In this document: positions 1 to 10,117 of the stretch, in pieces | How positions within the stretch are numbered: the stretch's first letter is position 1 | Layout: every line of letters begins with the position of its first letter | Virus record (IMG/VR): IMGVR_UViG_2767802108_000001 | Location: 25,135 to 89,134 of that record | Source: a virus | Taxonomy: Duplodnaviria; Caudoviricetes | Direction: 5' to 3' (one strand) | DNA length: 64,000 bases | Translations under genes and position numbers: made by a program | Notes under the pieces: model-generated | The model's database searches: none | Seen by the model: only the letters and a program-made list of their open reading frames with translations | What the model was told of the DNA's origin: nothing

Positions 1-2
1 CC

Positions 3-1160
3 CACGCCCCCGACGACGTCATCGACGGCGAAGTCATCGACGAAGACCGCATCGCCCTCGTCAAAGCCCGCCGGGAAAAGCAGGCCCGCCGCCAGGCCAT
101 CACCGCCGGCAAGAAAGCCGAGAAGGACGCCGCCCGCGACGGCACCATGGGCGACCCCATCAAGGTCAAGGCCGAACGGATCCGCTGGGAGAACCAGCGG
201 ATCGACTACGAGTTGAACAGAGCCGAACAGCTGCTCGCGCTCGCGGCATCCACGGAACAGCGAAGGAGCACCCCCGTGACCTACCCCGTACCCGTCATCC
301 AGGCCGCAGGCACCCGCACGGCTGGCGTCGCGGTAGCCCGGCAGATCGACGTCCGCGGCGCTCTCACCTACCGGCTCCTGGTCGCCATGGCCGAACAGCT
401 CGCCAACGGACTCCACAACGACGCCGACGCCGACATGGCCGACCACGTCGTGGAACTCGTCGGGATCCCCGCCATGTGCCGCAACCTCGCCCTCGCCGTC
501 CGTGAAGCCGCGAACGCCCTCCAGAAGACCGCACCGCTCCACCCGTCCGTCATCAAGCACCTCAACAACGCCGCCGTGTCCGCACTAACCGCCGCCCGCA
601 TGGCCGACACAATCCTCGCCGTGTTCGTCCAGGCCCACCGCGCCGACATCTACCGCGTCATGGAGCCCCGCCTCGGCGAGGAGCGGTGGAACATCCGCAA
701 TGCCGCCGGAACCCTCGACGCAGCCAAGCTCCGCGCCGCGATCCTGTCCGCCGGCCAGCAGCGCCTCGCCCTCCCCGGCGGCAGCAGCACCAACACGTCC
801 AGCCCGGCCGGGAAACTCGTCCCCGCCTCCGGGGAGAGCACCAAGAAGCTCATCAACGTCATGAAGGGCTTCGACCGCGGCCACATGGTCACCTGCCTGT
901 CCGAAGTCGCCGGCACCGCCCGCGGTATCGACATCGTCGCCGACGCCATCAACAAGCTGTACCGGCGCATGGCCAACACCTGGCCCACCGAGAACGTCGT
1001 CGACGACACCGTCCGGGCCACCGCCTCCAAGGTCAAGAACATCTCCGCGGAACTCCACAAGGCCATCAAGGCCGCCCAGCGCGCCCACGCCCGCGAACTG
1101 AAGCTCAACGCCAAGCCCCGGAAGGGCGCCAACGCCGAGAAGAAGTGGGACGTCGTCTGA
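3..1160 (+). CDS. Plasmid transfer-region protein upstream of traB (5' truncated by window edge)
   Basis: Frame is open from base 3 with strong GC3 bias; stop overlaps the traB start (TGATG). Confidence 0.75.
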   Translation, partial: HAPDDVIDGEVIDEDRIALVKARREKQARRQAITAGKKAEKDAARDGTMGDPIKVKAERIRWENQRIDYELNRAEQLLALAASTEQRRSTPVTYPVPVIQAAGTRTAGVAVARQIDVRGALTYRLLVAMAEQLANGLHNDADADMADHVVELVGIPAMCRNLALAVREAANALQKTAPLHPSVIKHLNNAAVSALTAARMADTILAVFVQAHRADIYRVMEPRLGEERWNIRNAAGTLDAAKLRAAILSAGQQRLALPGGSSTNTSSPAGKLVPASGESTKKLINVMKGFDRGHMVTCLSEVAGTARGIDIVADAINKLYRRMANTWPTENVVDDTVRATASKVKNISAELHKAIKAAQRAHARELKLNAKPRKGANAEKKWDVV

Positions 1161-3346
1161 TGACCAAGACCAAGACCGAGGTCCCTGCCGGCCTCGAGCC
1201 CCTGACACCCGCCGACAAGCGATGGGACTTCAGCCGCGACGCCGTCACCCCCGGCCGCCTCACCGCGTGGGGTGCCGAACTCGCCTGCGCCAGCGCCCTC
1301 GTCGCCCCCCTCGCAAACATCCCCTGGCAGGCCGGCGCCACCACCGGAGCCCTCGCCACCGGCGTAGCCGTCCTCTACGAGAAAGCCCGCGGCTCCTGGC
1401 GACGCGTCCTCGTCGCCCGCGCCTCCACATGGATGGCCACCACCGGCTGGCTGTCGTACGCCCTCGCTACCCAGCCCACCCTCACCACCATGGCCGTCGG
1501 CACCACCATCTGGGGAGCCGGAGCCGCCGTCAACATCGGCATGGACAAGTGGGGCGAAGCCACCCGCGAAGCCGAGCAGGAGCTCGACCGGCGTCTCGCC
1601 AACGGCGAGCAGATCGCCGCCGCACAGCAGGGCTGGGCAAAGCTTCTGTACGACATCTGCGGCATCGAAGGCGCCGTCGCGGACCCCATCGTCGACCGGT
1701 GGCCGTCCGGCGCCGGAGAAACCGTCAAAATCACCCTCCCGGCGCACCTCAACATCAACGCCCTCCGCGGCTACGAAGCCGAACTCGCCGGAGCCCTCCA
1801 CCTCCCCAAGGGCGGCGGCGTCGCCTTCTCCGACGGCGGCGCCAACGTCCCCCGCAACGTCGTCTTCATCGCCATCACCCGAAAGAACATGATGGCCGGG
1901 GCCATCCCCTACCCCGGGCTCACCCCCACCACGATCAACGAGCCGATCGGGTTCGGCGTCATCGGTACCGGCCAGGAAGCCGGCCTCAACCTCAAGGACG
2001 AAGGGTTCATCGCGATCGGCGCCCAGGGCTCCGGCAAGACCGCCCTCATGAAGACCCTCGGCCTCGGCCTCGTCCGTTGCACCGACGCCATCGTCATCGA
2101 CCTCGACACCTCCGCGAAGATGTCCGCAGTCTTCGTGAACCCCTACCTGCGGTACGGCATCGGCCGACCCCTCATCGACTGGCCCGCGACAACCGCAGAC
2201 GAGTGCCGCCTCGTCATCCAGGCCGCGAAGGCTGCTATTGCCGCCCGCAAAACCGAGTACGCCGACCTCCTCGAAGACGAGGACGTCGACAACCTGCCCG
2301 CCCGCCCCGACATCCCCGCCATCCACATCCGCGTTGACGAGACCAAGTCCATGCCCGACGACGTCCTCGAAGGCATCGACTTCATCATCGAAGAAGGTCG
2401 TTCCGTCAACATCCGCGTCTCCAACACCGGCCTCCGAGCAACCCGCGAGTACATCACCGGCACCATGGACGAACTCACCCCCGGCCGGATCGGACTCCGC
2501 ACCAACAACAGCAGCGAGCTCCAGATGCTGTTCCCCGACACCGGCGCACCCGACATGGCGATCTTCACCGACCCCGGCACTGTCGCCTACATGTCCACGA
2601 CCAAGGGCCCCTTCCAGCCCACCCCCGCCAAGGCATACGCCACCATGGCCGAGACCTTCCCGGAGGGCTCCGCCGACTACCGGCGGATGCAGACCCTGTT
2701 CATGGACGCCGCTCGCGAGCTTTCGCCCAGCCGTCCCGACCTGGACGAGGTCACGGCTCGAGCGATGGGCCTCGCCTGGTCCCAGCGTTGGGCCCGCTGC
2801 ATCCCCAACCTCCGCGGCGACGCCTACGGAAACGTCGGTCCCGACCGCATGCACGAGAGCGTGTGGGAGCTCTACCAGTCCTGGCCCAAGCCCACGCCGG
2901 TCGAGGTTCTCCTCGGTACCGCCCTCGACGACGACGGCTACCCGATCGAAGCCCGCGGCGCAGCGACGGAGATCCCCCGTCTCACCGAGGCCATGCTCGA
3001 CGAAGACGAGCTCGAGCGGGTCGCCGCCCAGGACGCCGCGATCGAACTCGCCAAGACCCGCGTCACCCCCAAGACCCACGACCAGCTCGCCGTCGAACTG
3101 TTCGCGTCCCTCGGCCGTCCCGCCAAGCCGTCCGAGGTGTACCCCCTCATGGTCAAGGCTGGCTACGACAAGTCCGGGCGGACCTTCCGTGACCTTTGTG
3201 CCCGCCTTGGGCTGCAAGACAGGCTCGTGAAGGGCGATGATGGAACCTACGCGGCCAACAACAGCGGTGAGGTTCCTGATGCAGCCGGACGAGTTCCCGG
3301 ACCTGAAGATGACGCACATGGACCAGGCGATGCTCCACATGGCTGA
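1160..3346 (+). CDS. traB: TraB-like FtsK/SpoIIIE conjugative DNA translocase
   Basis: N-terminal hydrophobic segments, Walker A GAQGSGKT, Walker B IRVDE, winged-helix-like C-terminus; next to spdD and kilB. Confidence 0.85.
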   Translation: MTKTKTEVPAGLEPLTPADKRWDFSRDAVTPGRLTAWGAELACASALVAPLANIPWQAGATTGALATGVAVLYEKARGSWRRVLVARASTWMATTGWLSYALATQPTLTTMAVGTTIWGAGAAVNIGMDKWGEATREAEQELDRRLANGEQIAAAQQGWAKLLYDICGIEGAVADPIVDRWPSGAGETVKITLPAHLNINALRGYEAELAGALHLPKGGGVAFSDGGANVPRNVVFIAITRKNMMAGAIPYPGLTPTTINEPIGFGVIGTGQEAGLNLKDEGFIAIGAQGSGKTALMKTLGLGLVRCTDAIVIDLDTSAKMSAVFVNPYLRYGIGRPLIDWPATTADECRLVIQAAKAAIAARKTEYADLLEDEDVDNLPARPDIPAIHIRVDETKSMPDDVLEGIDFIIEEGRSVNIRVSNTGLRATREYITGTMDELTPGRIGLRTNNSSELQMLFPDTGAPDMAIFTDPGTVAYMSTTKGPFQPTPAKAYATMAETFPEGSADYRRMQTLFMDAARELSPSRPDLDEVTARAMGLAWSQRWARCIPNLRGDAYGNVGPDRMHESVWELYQSWPKPTPVEVLLGTALDDDGYPIEARGAATEIPRLTEAMLDEDELERVAAQDAAIELAKTRVTPKTHDQLAVELFASLGRPAKPSEVYPLMVKAGYDKSGRTFRDLCARLGLQDRLVKGDDGTYAANNSGEVPDAAGRVPGPEDDAHGPGDAPHG

Positions 3347-3452
3347 GGTGATCGACGGTCTGAAGAAGGCCGGCCTGAGCGAGAACTCAGCCGTCCGTTT
3401 CGCGGCGATCTACTTCAACGAGATGTCGCAGAACGACACGGACGACGACTGA
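3279..3452 (+). CDS. Small hypothetical protein
   Basis: GAGG RBS before ATG 3279; overlaps traB 3' end; followed by a terminator. Confidence 0.5.
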   Translation: MQPDEFPDLKMTHMDQAMLHMAEVIDGLKKAGLSENSAVRFAAIYFNEMSQNDTDDD

Positions 3453-3468
3453 ACCAACCAGCGACCAG

Positions 3469-3499
3469 GAAAACCCCCGGGTCGTACCCGGGGGTTTTC
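3469..3499. terminator. Intrinsic terminator-like inverted repeat
   Basis: GAAAACCCCCGGG-tcgta-CCCGGGGGTTTTC perfect 13-bp stem. Confidence 0.8.
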
Positions 3500-3548
3500 T
3501 GTATCCACCGCCACCCTCACCACCCGCCGCCCCGAAGGACACCCACCG

Positions 3549-4079
3549 ATGAACGCCCCCCTGACAGGCCCGACCCAGCCCACCGCCCCACCCGCCGCGC
3601 AGCCTGTCGACGACCAGCGCATCGACCGCATCGCCAACGCTTTCAGCCAGGCCCTCGACCAAGCCACCGCCACCCCCACCGCCTTCCGAGACGAGACGCC
3701 CGTGCCCGCCATCGGCAACGCCCTCCCGGTACCCCAACCCGGCCGCACCCCGATGTCACAGCGGGCCACCGACGCCAGCGTCCTCATCCTTTCCGCTGGC
3801 GCCGCCTCCATCCCCCTCGGCGGCATGACCGCCCTCATCATCTACGCCCTCGGCAACGCCGACCCCGTATCCCTCGCCGTCGGCGCCGGCGCCCCCATCA
3901 CACTCGCCGTGCCGATCCTCGCCCTCACCCGACTCGTACGACGAGCCAAGGAGACCGTCCAGGCCGCCCCGCCCGTCATCCACCAGCACTACACCGGCAC
4001 CGTCGTCCAGGACCAGCGGACCGTGAACACCACCACCCGCGGCATGTGGGCATCCACCCGCAACCAGCTGCCCAAGTAG
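3549..4079 (+). CDS. spdD: SpdD-like plasmid spread protein
   Basis: Pro-rich N-terminus, two TM segments, C-terminal HQHYTGTVVQDQR...TRG motif typical of Streptomyces SpdD-like proteins. Confidence 0.7.
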   Translation: MNAPLTGPTQPTAPPAAQPVDDQRIDRIANAFSQALDQATATPTAFRDETPVPAIGNALPVPQPGRTPMSQRATDASVLILSAGAASIPLGGMTALIIYALGNADPVSLAVGAGAPITLAVPILALTRLVRRAKETVQAAPPVIHQHYTGTVVQDQRTVNTTTRGMWASTRNQLPK

Positions 4080-4090
4080 AGGAGATCCCC

Positions 4091-4558
4091 GTGACCGCCA
4101 CTGTCATCGCCGTCCTCGGCACCCTCGCCGGAACCCTCCTCACCGGCACCCTCGCCCACCTCAGCCAGCGAGCCCAACGCAAAGCCGACACCACCACCGC
4201 CCGTCGGACCGAAGCCCTGACCGCCGTCACCGACCTCGCCACCGCACTCGCCGACCACCGCCGCGCCATGTGGGTCCGCGAAGACCTCCGCTTACACGGC
4301 GAGGACTGGGACCAGGCCCGTACCGAGTCCCACACCACCCGGTCCGCAATCACCGCCCCGCTGCTGCGCGTGCAACTGCTACTGCCCGCACTCGCCCCGA
4401 CCGCGCAGGACGCCGCCCACGCCACCTACGCCCTCCGCGACGGCTGGGAGACCGGCGAGACCGGACTCGCATCCCGACGCGATCACGCCATCACCAAGAC
4501 CGACGACCTCGTCACGGCCGCTGGCCGGCTCCTCGACGGTCAGCCCGCACGACGGTAA
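4091..4558 (+). CDS. kilB: KilB-like protein
   Basis: N-terminal IAVLGTLAG TM segment and ADHRRAMWVRE motif as in pIJ101-type KilB; GGAG RBS; contains a TTA codon. Confidence 0.75.
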   Translation: MTATVIAVLGTLAGTLLTGTLAHLSQRAQRKADTTTARRTEALTAVTDLATALADHRRAMWVREDLRLHGEDWDQARTESHTTRSAITAPLLRVQLLLPALAPTAQDAAHATYALRDGWETGETGLASRRDHAITKTDDLVTAAGRLLDGQPARR

Positions 4559-4694
4559 GCGGCCGCAGGGGGAACGCGTCTCAGACAAACGCCCCCGCAT
4601 ACCCCACACTCAGAACTGCACGGCCCGGGTAACTCCGATCGACTCCGGTGTCCCCGCGCCCAAGTCACACGGGCCCGGGCCGTGCCCGACCACC

Positions 4695-4730
4695 CGGCCC
4701 CGCACGCCACCCCCGGCGTTGCGGGGCCGT
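4695..4730. terminator. Inverted repeat between convergent genes
   Basis: CGGCCCCGCA...TGCGGGGCCG stem. Confidence 0.55.
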
Positions 4731-4742
4731 CCCACGCCCACC

Positions 4743-4970
4743 TCAGCCGTAGTAGTCGTCCGTGTACTCCACGCGGTCCCGCCCCTCCTCAACGCACCCC
4801 TCATACCGCTCCGGCGCACCATGAGTCACCACAAGCCGATACGACTGGCCCAGCTGGCAGCCCTTATCCGTCCACCGGTTCGCCGCCACCGTCCACACCA
4901 GCAGCAACACCAGCACACCGACAATCTTCTGATTTCGGGTAGGACGCCACCCGCGTCTCTCCTCGTTCAT
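4743..4970 (-). CDS. Small membrane protein
   Basis: One TM helix (IVGVLVLLLVWTV) and two Cys; probably a leaderless ATG. Confidence 0.55.
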   Translation of the reverse strand: MNEERRGWRPTRNQKIVGVLVLLLVWTVAANRWTDKGCQLGQSYRLVVTHGAPERYEGCVEEGRDRVEYTDDYYG

Positions 4971-5089
4971 GCCGCGCAGCATGCCCGAGCCCCTAGGCAA
5001 GGGGAACAGAACACCGAAAATCAGCGATCATCCGTTACAGGCGCGGGGCCTCACAACCACACACCCATCCGAGCGGGAGCCCCACCGCC

Positions 5090-5635
5090 ATGCCAGCCTC
5101 CAAGACCAAGCAAGCCCTCGTCGCCCAGCGGCGCTCCGAGATGCTCATCATGAAGATCCAGGGCCGCACCGCAGCCCAGATCGCAGAGCACTTCAACATC
5201 TCACCAGGCACCGCACGCTCCGACCTCGCCCGAGCCGTCAAAAAGGCCAAGGCCATGGAAGTCCAGGACGCGGAGCTCTACCGCTTCATCCAAGGCTCCC
5301 GCCTCGAGACCCTGCTACGCGCAGTGATGCCCCTCGCCATTGACGACGGTGACCTGAAAGCCAACGAACAGGCCCGCAAACTCATCGCCGACATCACCGA
5401 ACTGTTCGGCCTTAAGGTGCCCGTACGCACCGAGATCAGCGGCCCCGACGGCGGCGCCATCCCCTTCTCCAGCGGCGAAGCCGCCGAAGTCCTGGCCCTC
5501 ATCGACATCTCCGACCGCGACAACGCCGAAATTCCCGCCATCAACCAGGACACCGACCTCGACGACGAAGACGAGGACGACGCTGGCGTCGATGATGACC
5601 TGGACGACGAGGACGACGGTGACGACAGCCCCTGA
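5090..5635 (+). CDS. terS: Terminase small subunit (HTH)
   Basis: N-terminal HTH, EISGPDGG motif, acidic tail; directly upstream of terL. Confidence 0.7.
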   Translation: MPASKTKQALVAQRRSEMLIMKIQGRTAAQIAEHFNISPGTARSDLARAVKKAKAMEVQDAELYRFIQGSRLETLLRAVMPLAIDDGDLKANEQARKLIADITELFGLKVPVRTEISGPDGGAIPFSSGEAAEVLALIDISDRDNAEIPAINQDTDLDDEDEDDAGVDDDLDDEDDGDDSP

Positions 5636-7178
5636 CCGGCAAACCGACCTTGAGACCCGCTACCGCAGCCTCCCCGCGGACCAACGACGCCGCGTTATCA
5701 CCCGCGCCCGCCCCGAAACCCGAGCCAAACTCGCCCACATCGAACGCGAGATGGCCATGGACCGCTCCCCAGGAGCCCTCGCAGCCGTCCTCACCGAACG
5801 CCGCGAGAAGCAGGCCGCCCACCTCGACATGATCGACAGCGCGTTCCGGCGCATCGCCGCAGGTGAACGCCTCCAGGTCATGCTGACCTGCCCGCCAAGA
5901 CATGGGAAGTCGCAGCGAGCCTCACGGTGGGGGCCACTCTGGTACCTGCGTCGGCACCCCGAACACCGCGTCATGATCGCCTCCTACGGAGCCGACCTCG
6001 CTGACGACCACGGCCGATGGGTACGCGACCAGCTCAAGGAGTACTCACCCGTCCTCGGCATCAAACTCCACCCCGCCTCACACGCAGCGAACCGATTCGA
6101 CCTCGAACAGAAGCGTGGCTCCAGCGTCCGCGGCGGCATGGTCACCGCAGGCGTCGGCGGCGGCCTGACCGGCAAAGGCTTCAACCTCGGCATCATCGAC
6201 GACCCCTTCAAAGGCCACGACGACGCCGCCAGCCCCGCCCAACGCGACCGCGTCTGGGAGTGGTACCGGTCAGTGTTCTTCACCCGGCGCGCCCCCGGCG
6301 CCTCCCTCATCCTGATCAACACACGCTGGCACGAGGACGACCTCTCTGGCCGGCTCCTCGCCCACGAACCCCACCGCTGGCTCCAGATCGACCTGCCCGC
6401 CCTCGCCGACAGCCCCAACGACCCCCTCCACCGCCCCATCGGCGCCCCCCTGTGGCCCGACCAGTACGACGCCGGAGAACTTGCCGACATCCGCGAGAGC
6501 GTCGGCGAACGCGTCTGGTACGCCCTCTACCAGCAAAAACCCCGACCCCTTGAGGGCGGGGTGTGGAAGTGGGCATGGATCACCGGCCACCGGCTCAAGC
6601 CCGAAGCCTGGGCCGGCATCAACCCCACCCGCGTCGTTGTCGCTGTCGACCACGCCGGCGGCGACACCCTCCGCAACGACGAAGTCGGACTCGTCTGCGC
6701 CGCGCGCGACCACGACGGAGACCTCTATGTCCTGGACGACCGCTCCCGCACCATGGGAGCCGAGACGTGGGGAGCGGAAGTCTGCAAGTTGGCCATCGAA
6801 CGCCAGGCGGACGCCATCCTCGTCGAACGGAATTTCGGCGGGGACATGGCCCGGCAGATCGTTGTGCAGGGCTGGCAGGAACTTGCCCGGCAGGGCGAGA
6901 CCAACGGGATGCTGATGCCGTCGATCATCGAAGTCCATGCCAAGCAGGGCAAAAGGTTGAGGGCCGAGCCGATCGCGCAGCTGTACAAGCAGGGCAAGGT
7001 CCACCACGTCGGGGAGTTCACCGAACTTGAGGGACAGATGGTCACCTGGCTACCGGGTATGGACTCCCCAGACCGGATGGACGCCGCCGTGCACGCCCTG
7101 ACCGAGCTGGCCGATCCGGCACAAGAAGGTCTGGGCAGCCAGCCCTATACGGATCAGCGACTCCGCGGACGACGGTAA
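5619..7178 (+). CDS. terL: Terminase large subunit
   Basis: PPRHGKS Walker A, IIDDP Walker B, TRWHEDD, ALYQQ, C-terminal nuclease motif (SPDRMDA). Confidence 0.95.
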   Translation: MTTAPDRQTDLETRYRSLPADQRRRVITRARPETRAKLAHIEREMAMDRSPGALAAVLTERREKQAAHLDMIDSAFRRIAAGERLQVMLTCPPRHGKSQRASRWGPLWYLRRHPEHRVMIASYGADLADDHGRWVRDQLKEYSPVLGIKLHPASHAANRFDLEQKRGSSVRGGMVTAGVGGGLTGKGFNLGIIDDPFKGHDDAASPAQRDRVWEWYRSVFFTRRAPGASLILINTRWHEDDLSGRLLAHEPHRWLQIDLPALADSPNDPLHRPIGAPLWPDQYDAGELADIRESVGERVWYALYQQKPRPLEGGVWKWAWITGHRLKPEAWAGINPTRVVVAVDHAGGDTLRNDEVGLVCAARDHDGDLYVLDDRSRTMGAETWGAEVCKLAIERQADAILVERNFGGDMARQIVVQGWQELARQGETNGMLMPSIIEVHAKQGKRLRAEPIAQLYKQGKVHHVGEFTELEGQMVTWLPGMDSPDRMDAAVHALTELADPAQEGLGSQPYTDQRLRGRR

Positions 7179-7200
7179 TGCCCACGGGGCCTGGGCACGG

Positions 7201-7229
7201 GGAACGGGCATGGCAACGGCCCGTACTCT
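7201..7229 (+). promoter_or_regulatory. Putative promoter GGAAC-N18-TACTCT upstream of portal
   Basis: Same spacing recurs at 27042, 33328, 47962 (+) and 30641, 37247 (-). Confidence 0.55.
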
Positions 7230-7281
7230 GATCACAGGCGCGGGGCCCGCCAACTGGCGGGAACGTCTGTGAGGAGCAGAG

Positions 7282-9189
7282 GTGGGTCTGCGCGAGGTCG
7301 TCATCCACGCCTGGTCGTGGCTCAACTACAAGCCCGTCTACTCCGACGGCGACAACCCCGGCATGCCCAACCGGCGGGCCTTCCCCGAAGCCAACGCCAT
7401 GTGGGTCCCCGAGGAAGACCAGAAACGCCTCGCCGCGTACAAGCTCCTCCAGGCCTACGACAACAACCAGGCAGCCGAACTCGCCGAAGCCGGCGGCGAC
7501 CTGGACGCCCGGGAGAAGCGAGAGTTCGGCGACCCCGCCATGTTCATCGACACCGTCATGGCGAACGTCCTCGGCCGCGAACAGACCATCACCGTCACCG
7601 GCGCGGACACCGACAGCGAGCAGCCCACCCCCGACGAGGCCATGGCCGCCCGCGTTCAGGAACTTCTCCGGGACTGGGCCGAGGCCGAGCTCCTGCCGAT
7701 GCGGGTCCAGCAGACCGAACGCAAGGCCGTCACGCTGGGGGACGGCGTGTACCGGCTCGCGTGGGAACCCGGCAAGAACCGTCCCGTACTGCGCGTCCAC
7801 GACCCCGGCTTCTACTTCCCGATCCTGCCTGAGGACGGAGACGCCGGCGACTACCCGACCCGCATCCACTTCGCGTGGGAACTCCCCGCCGACCCGCGCC
7901 GCGGTATCAAGGCGCGGCTGCGGCGCATCACCTACGAGCTGGACTGGATCCGCCCGGCGACCGCCCCCGGAGTCGACGAGACCGGCCGTGCCGTTCGCGC
8001 CCCCGTCCCCGCTACCGGCCCGGATCCCGACCAGCCGGACGCCGAAGTGCCGCCGCCTCTCACCCCGGGGGACCTGTACTACCCGGAGACCGGGGCGATC
8101 GCCCGCCAGTACCCATGGAACGACGGCCCGTCCTACGTCACCTGCTACCTCACCGACGCCACCTGGGTCCTGGAGGACATCAAGGGCAGCCCCGACGTCG
8201 ACTCCCTCCCGCTGGAGTCTGCGACGTTCGCAACCCGCGGCGACGGCGAGGTCCTCGACCACCTCGACCTCATGCTGGACTTCGTCCCGGTGATCCACCT
8301 CCCGAACACCGTCCCGCCCGCGGAGGAGCACTGGGGGCAGTCGTCCCTGGCGAAGGTGTTGCAGATCTTCGACGAGCTGACGTCCACCGACACCGACTCC
8401 GCCAGGGCCTCCGCAACGACCGGAGCGCCGATGATCGGCCTGTGGGGCAAGGCCACCGACTCCCGCCTGGAAGTGCACTCCATCCAGGCCGGCATGCTCC
8501 TCAAGCTGGGGGAGGGCGGCGGCATGCAAGCCCTGGACACCAGCAAAAACCTCGCCGAGCTCCGCAACCGCACCCACGACCTGGAGGACCGGGCCGCGAA
8601 GGTCGCACGTCTGCCCGCCGTCGCCCTCGGCACCCTCGACCCGTCCCAAGCACCGTCCGGGTACGCCATGGACGTGTCCCTCGGCCCGCTCGACGCCCTC
8701 ATTGCGTCCATGCGGCTCGCCCGGGACCACAAGTACGCGCTGCTCCTGAAGATGGTGCAACGCCTGTACATCGGCAGCCAGCATCCCGACTGGGCCGACG
8801 TCACCGTGCAGCCCGCCCGGCTGGTGTTCGGCTCGTACAAGCCCACCGACAAGGCTGCCGTCCTCGAGCTCGCCGCAACCGGCGTCAAGGACGGCGTCCT
8901 CTCCCTCGAAACCGCCGTGCAGATGCTCACGGAGGCAGGGTTCCCCATCGAGGACGCCCCCAGGGAGATCGAACGGATCCAGGCCCGCCAGTTCGAGAAG
9001 GCCCGAGCGCTTGCCGACGCTACCGGCGACACCGGCCTCGTCGGGGACTTCCTCGGTGTCACCGTCACCGAACCCGACCCGGCCGCCGCCCCGCCCCCAG
9101 AGTTCCCGGAAGTCGACGGAACCGACGGCGACCTGACCGCCGAGGAAGACAACGACGAGGGGGAGCAAGGGAGCGGGGGGAACACGTGA
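7282..9189 (+). CDS. Portal protein
   Basis: 635 aa directly after terL; LGDGVY and WGQSSL motifs typical of actinophage portals. Confidence 0.8.
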   Translation: MGLREVVIHAWSWLNYKPVYSDGDNPGMPNRRAFPEANAMWVPEEDQKRLAAYKLLQAYDNNQAAELAEAGGDLDAREKREFGDPAMFIDTVMANVLGREQTITVTGADTDSEQPTPDEAMAARVQELLRDWAEAELLPMRVQQTERKAVTLGDGVYRLAWEPGKNRPVLRVHDPGFYFPILPEDGDAGDYPTRIHFAWELPADPRRGIKARLRRITYELDWIRPATAPGVDETGRAVRAPVPATGPDPDQPDAEVPPPLTPGDLYYPETGAIARQYPWNDGPSYVTCYLTDATWVLEDIKGSPDVDSLPLESATFATRGDGEVLDHLDLMLDFVPVIHLPNTVPPAEEHWGQSSLAKVLQIFDELTSTDTDSARASATTGAPMIGLWGKATDSRLEVHSIQAGMLLKLGEGGGMQALDTSKNLAELRNRTHDLEDRAAKVARLPAVALGTLDPSQAPSGYAMDVSLGPLDALIASMRLARDHKYALLLKMVQRLYIGSQHPDWADVTVQPARLVFGSYKPTDKAAVLELAATGVKDGVLSLETAVQMLTEAGFPIEDAPREIERIQARQFEKARALADATGDTGLVGDFLGVTVTEPDPAAAPPPEFPEVDGTDGDLTAEEDNDEGEQGSGGNT

Positions 9190-9254
9190 CAGATTCTGTG
9201 CTCCACTTGGATCTAGGCGCGGGGCCTGAACGTCCTACGGGAGGACTGTCTGCA

Positions 9255-10010
9255 ATGCGTGCCCCCACGCAGCACCACCGCCGCCCCGGCCTCGCCGCCC
9301 CCCACGGCTGGGCCCACCCCTACACCGGCCTGAACGCGCTCGCCGTGTTCTACAACGACGGCGGCAACCCGCCCGAGCCGAACCCAGCGGACCCGCCGAA
9401 GCCCGGCCCGCCCCCCGGCCCCAGCCCGCAGTTCACCCAGGACGACCTCGACCGCATCGCCGCCAAGGAAAAGGCCCAAGGCCAGCGAGCCGGCGCCCGC
9501 CAAGCCCTCGAGGACCTCGCCAAGGACCTCGGCTTCACCAACCCCGACGACGTCAAGGCATTCGTCGCCGCCGCTCGGAAGGCCGAGGACGCTAAGAAGT
9601 CCGAAGAGCAGAAGCGGCAGGAGGAACTCGACCGCCGCGAACAGGACCTCAAGGACCGTGAAGCCGCAGCCGTCGCCCGCGAGCGGGCCGCGATCCGCAA
9701 GTCCGCCCTCGTCCAGCTCGGCGCCACCGGCACCGACCTCGAGGACGCTCTCGCTCTCCTCGAACGCGACCTGCGGCAGACCCCCGACGCCGACGAAGCC
9801 ACCGTGCAGGCCACCGCGGAAGCGCTGAAGGAACGCCGCGCCGCTCTCTTCGGCGCCACCCCCGCCACTGCCCCGGCCAGCAGCATGCCGCCGATCCCGG
9901 GCGGATCCCCCGCCGGCGGACCCCCGCCCCGCCAGGCATCCGCCAGCAAGCCCGGAAGCCGCGGCCTCGAGATGGCCCGCCTCCGCGGCCACAACCGCAA
10001 CGCCGCCTAG
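9255..10010 (+). CDS. Capsid scaffolding protein
   Basis: FTQDDLDRIAAKEK motif, coiled coil, Pro/Gly-rich C-terminus; located before the capsid genes. Confidence 0.75.
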   Translation: MRAPTQHHRRPGLAAPHGWAHPYTGLNALAVFYNDGGNPPEPNPADPPKPGPPPGPSPQFTQDDLDRIAAKEKAQGQRAGARQALEDLAKDLGFTNPDDVKAFVAAARKAEDAKKSEEQKRQEELDRREQDLKDREAAAVARERAAIRKSALVQLGATGTDLEDALALLERDLRQTPDADEATVQATAEALKERRAALFGATPATAPASSMPPIPGGSPAGGPPPRQASASKPGSRGLEMARLRGHNRNAA

Positions 10011-10117
10011 ACCTCCCCGGCCACCCGGCCGGGGCATCGGGACCACGCCCTCTCCTCGTGGACGCGCGCCAAGCGGCGCAGCTGTCACCGCACGCCGTTT
10101 TATGAGGAGAGGCAGTC

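Noticed and set aside
686-1159. N-terminal extension of traB in the ORF track (and similar long Arg/Pro-rich extensions on scaffold, rusA and luxR)
   Set aside because: Off-frame overlap of upstream genes; the real starts have an RBS or stop-start coupling.
650-3340. 896-aa minus-strand ORF (similarly 7042-9168, 10100-11647 and 16964-21118)
   Set aside because: Antisense shadows of real genes caused by high GC3 bias; no motifs, and the opposite strand has clear products.
4571-4600. GGAAC motifs at 4571, about 9180, 32596 and 50803
   Set aside because: No nAnnnT hexamer at the 18-nt spacing, so they were not counted in the promoter class.
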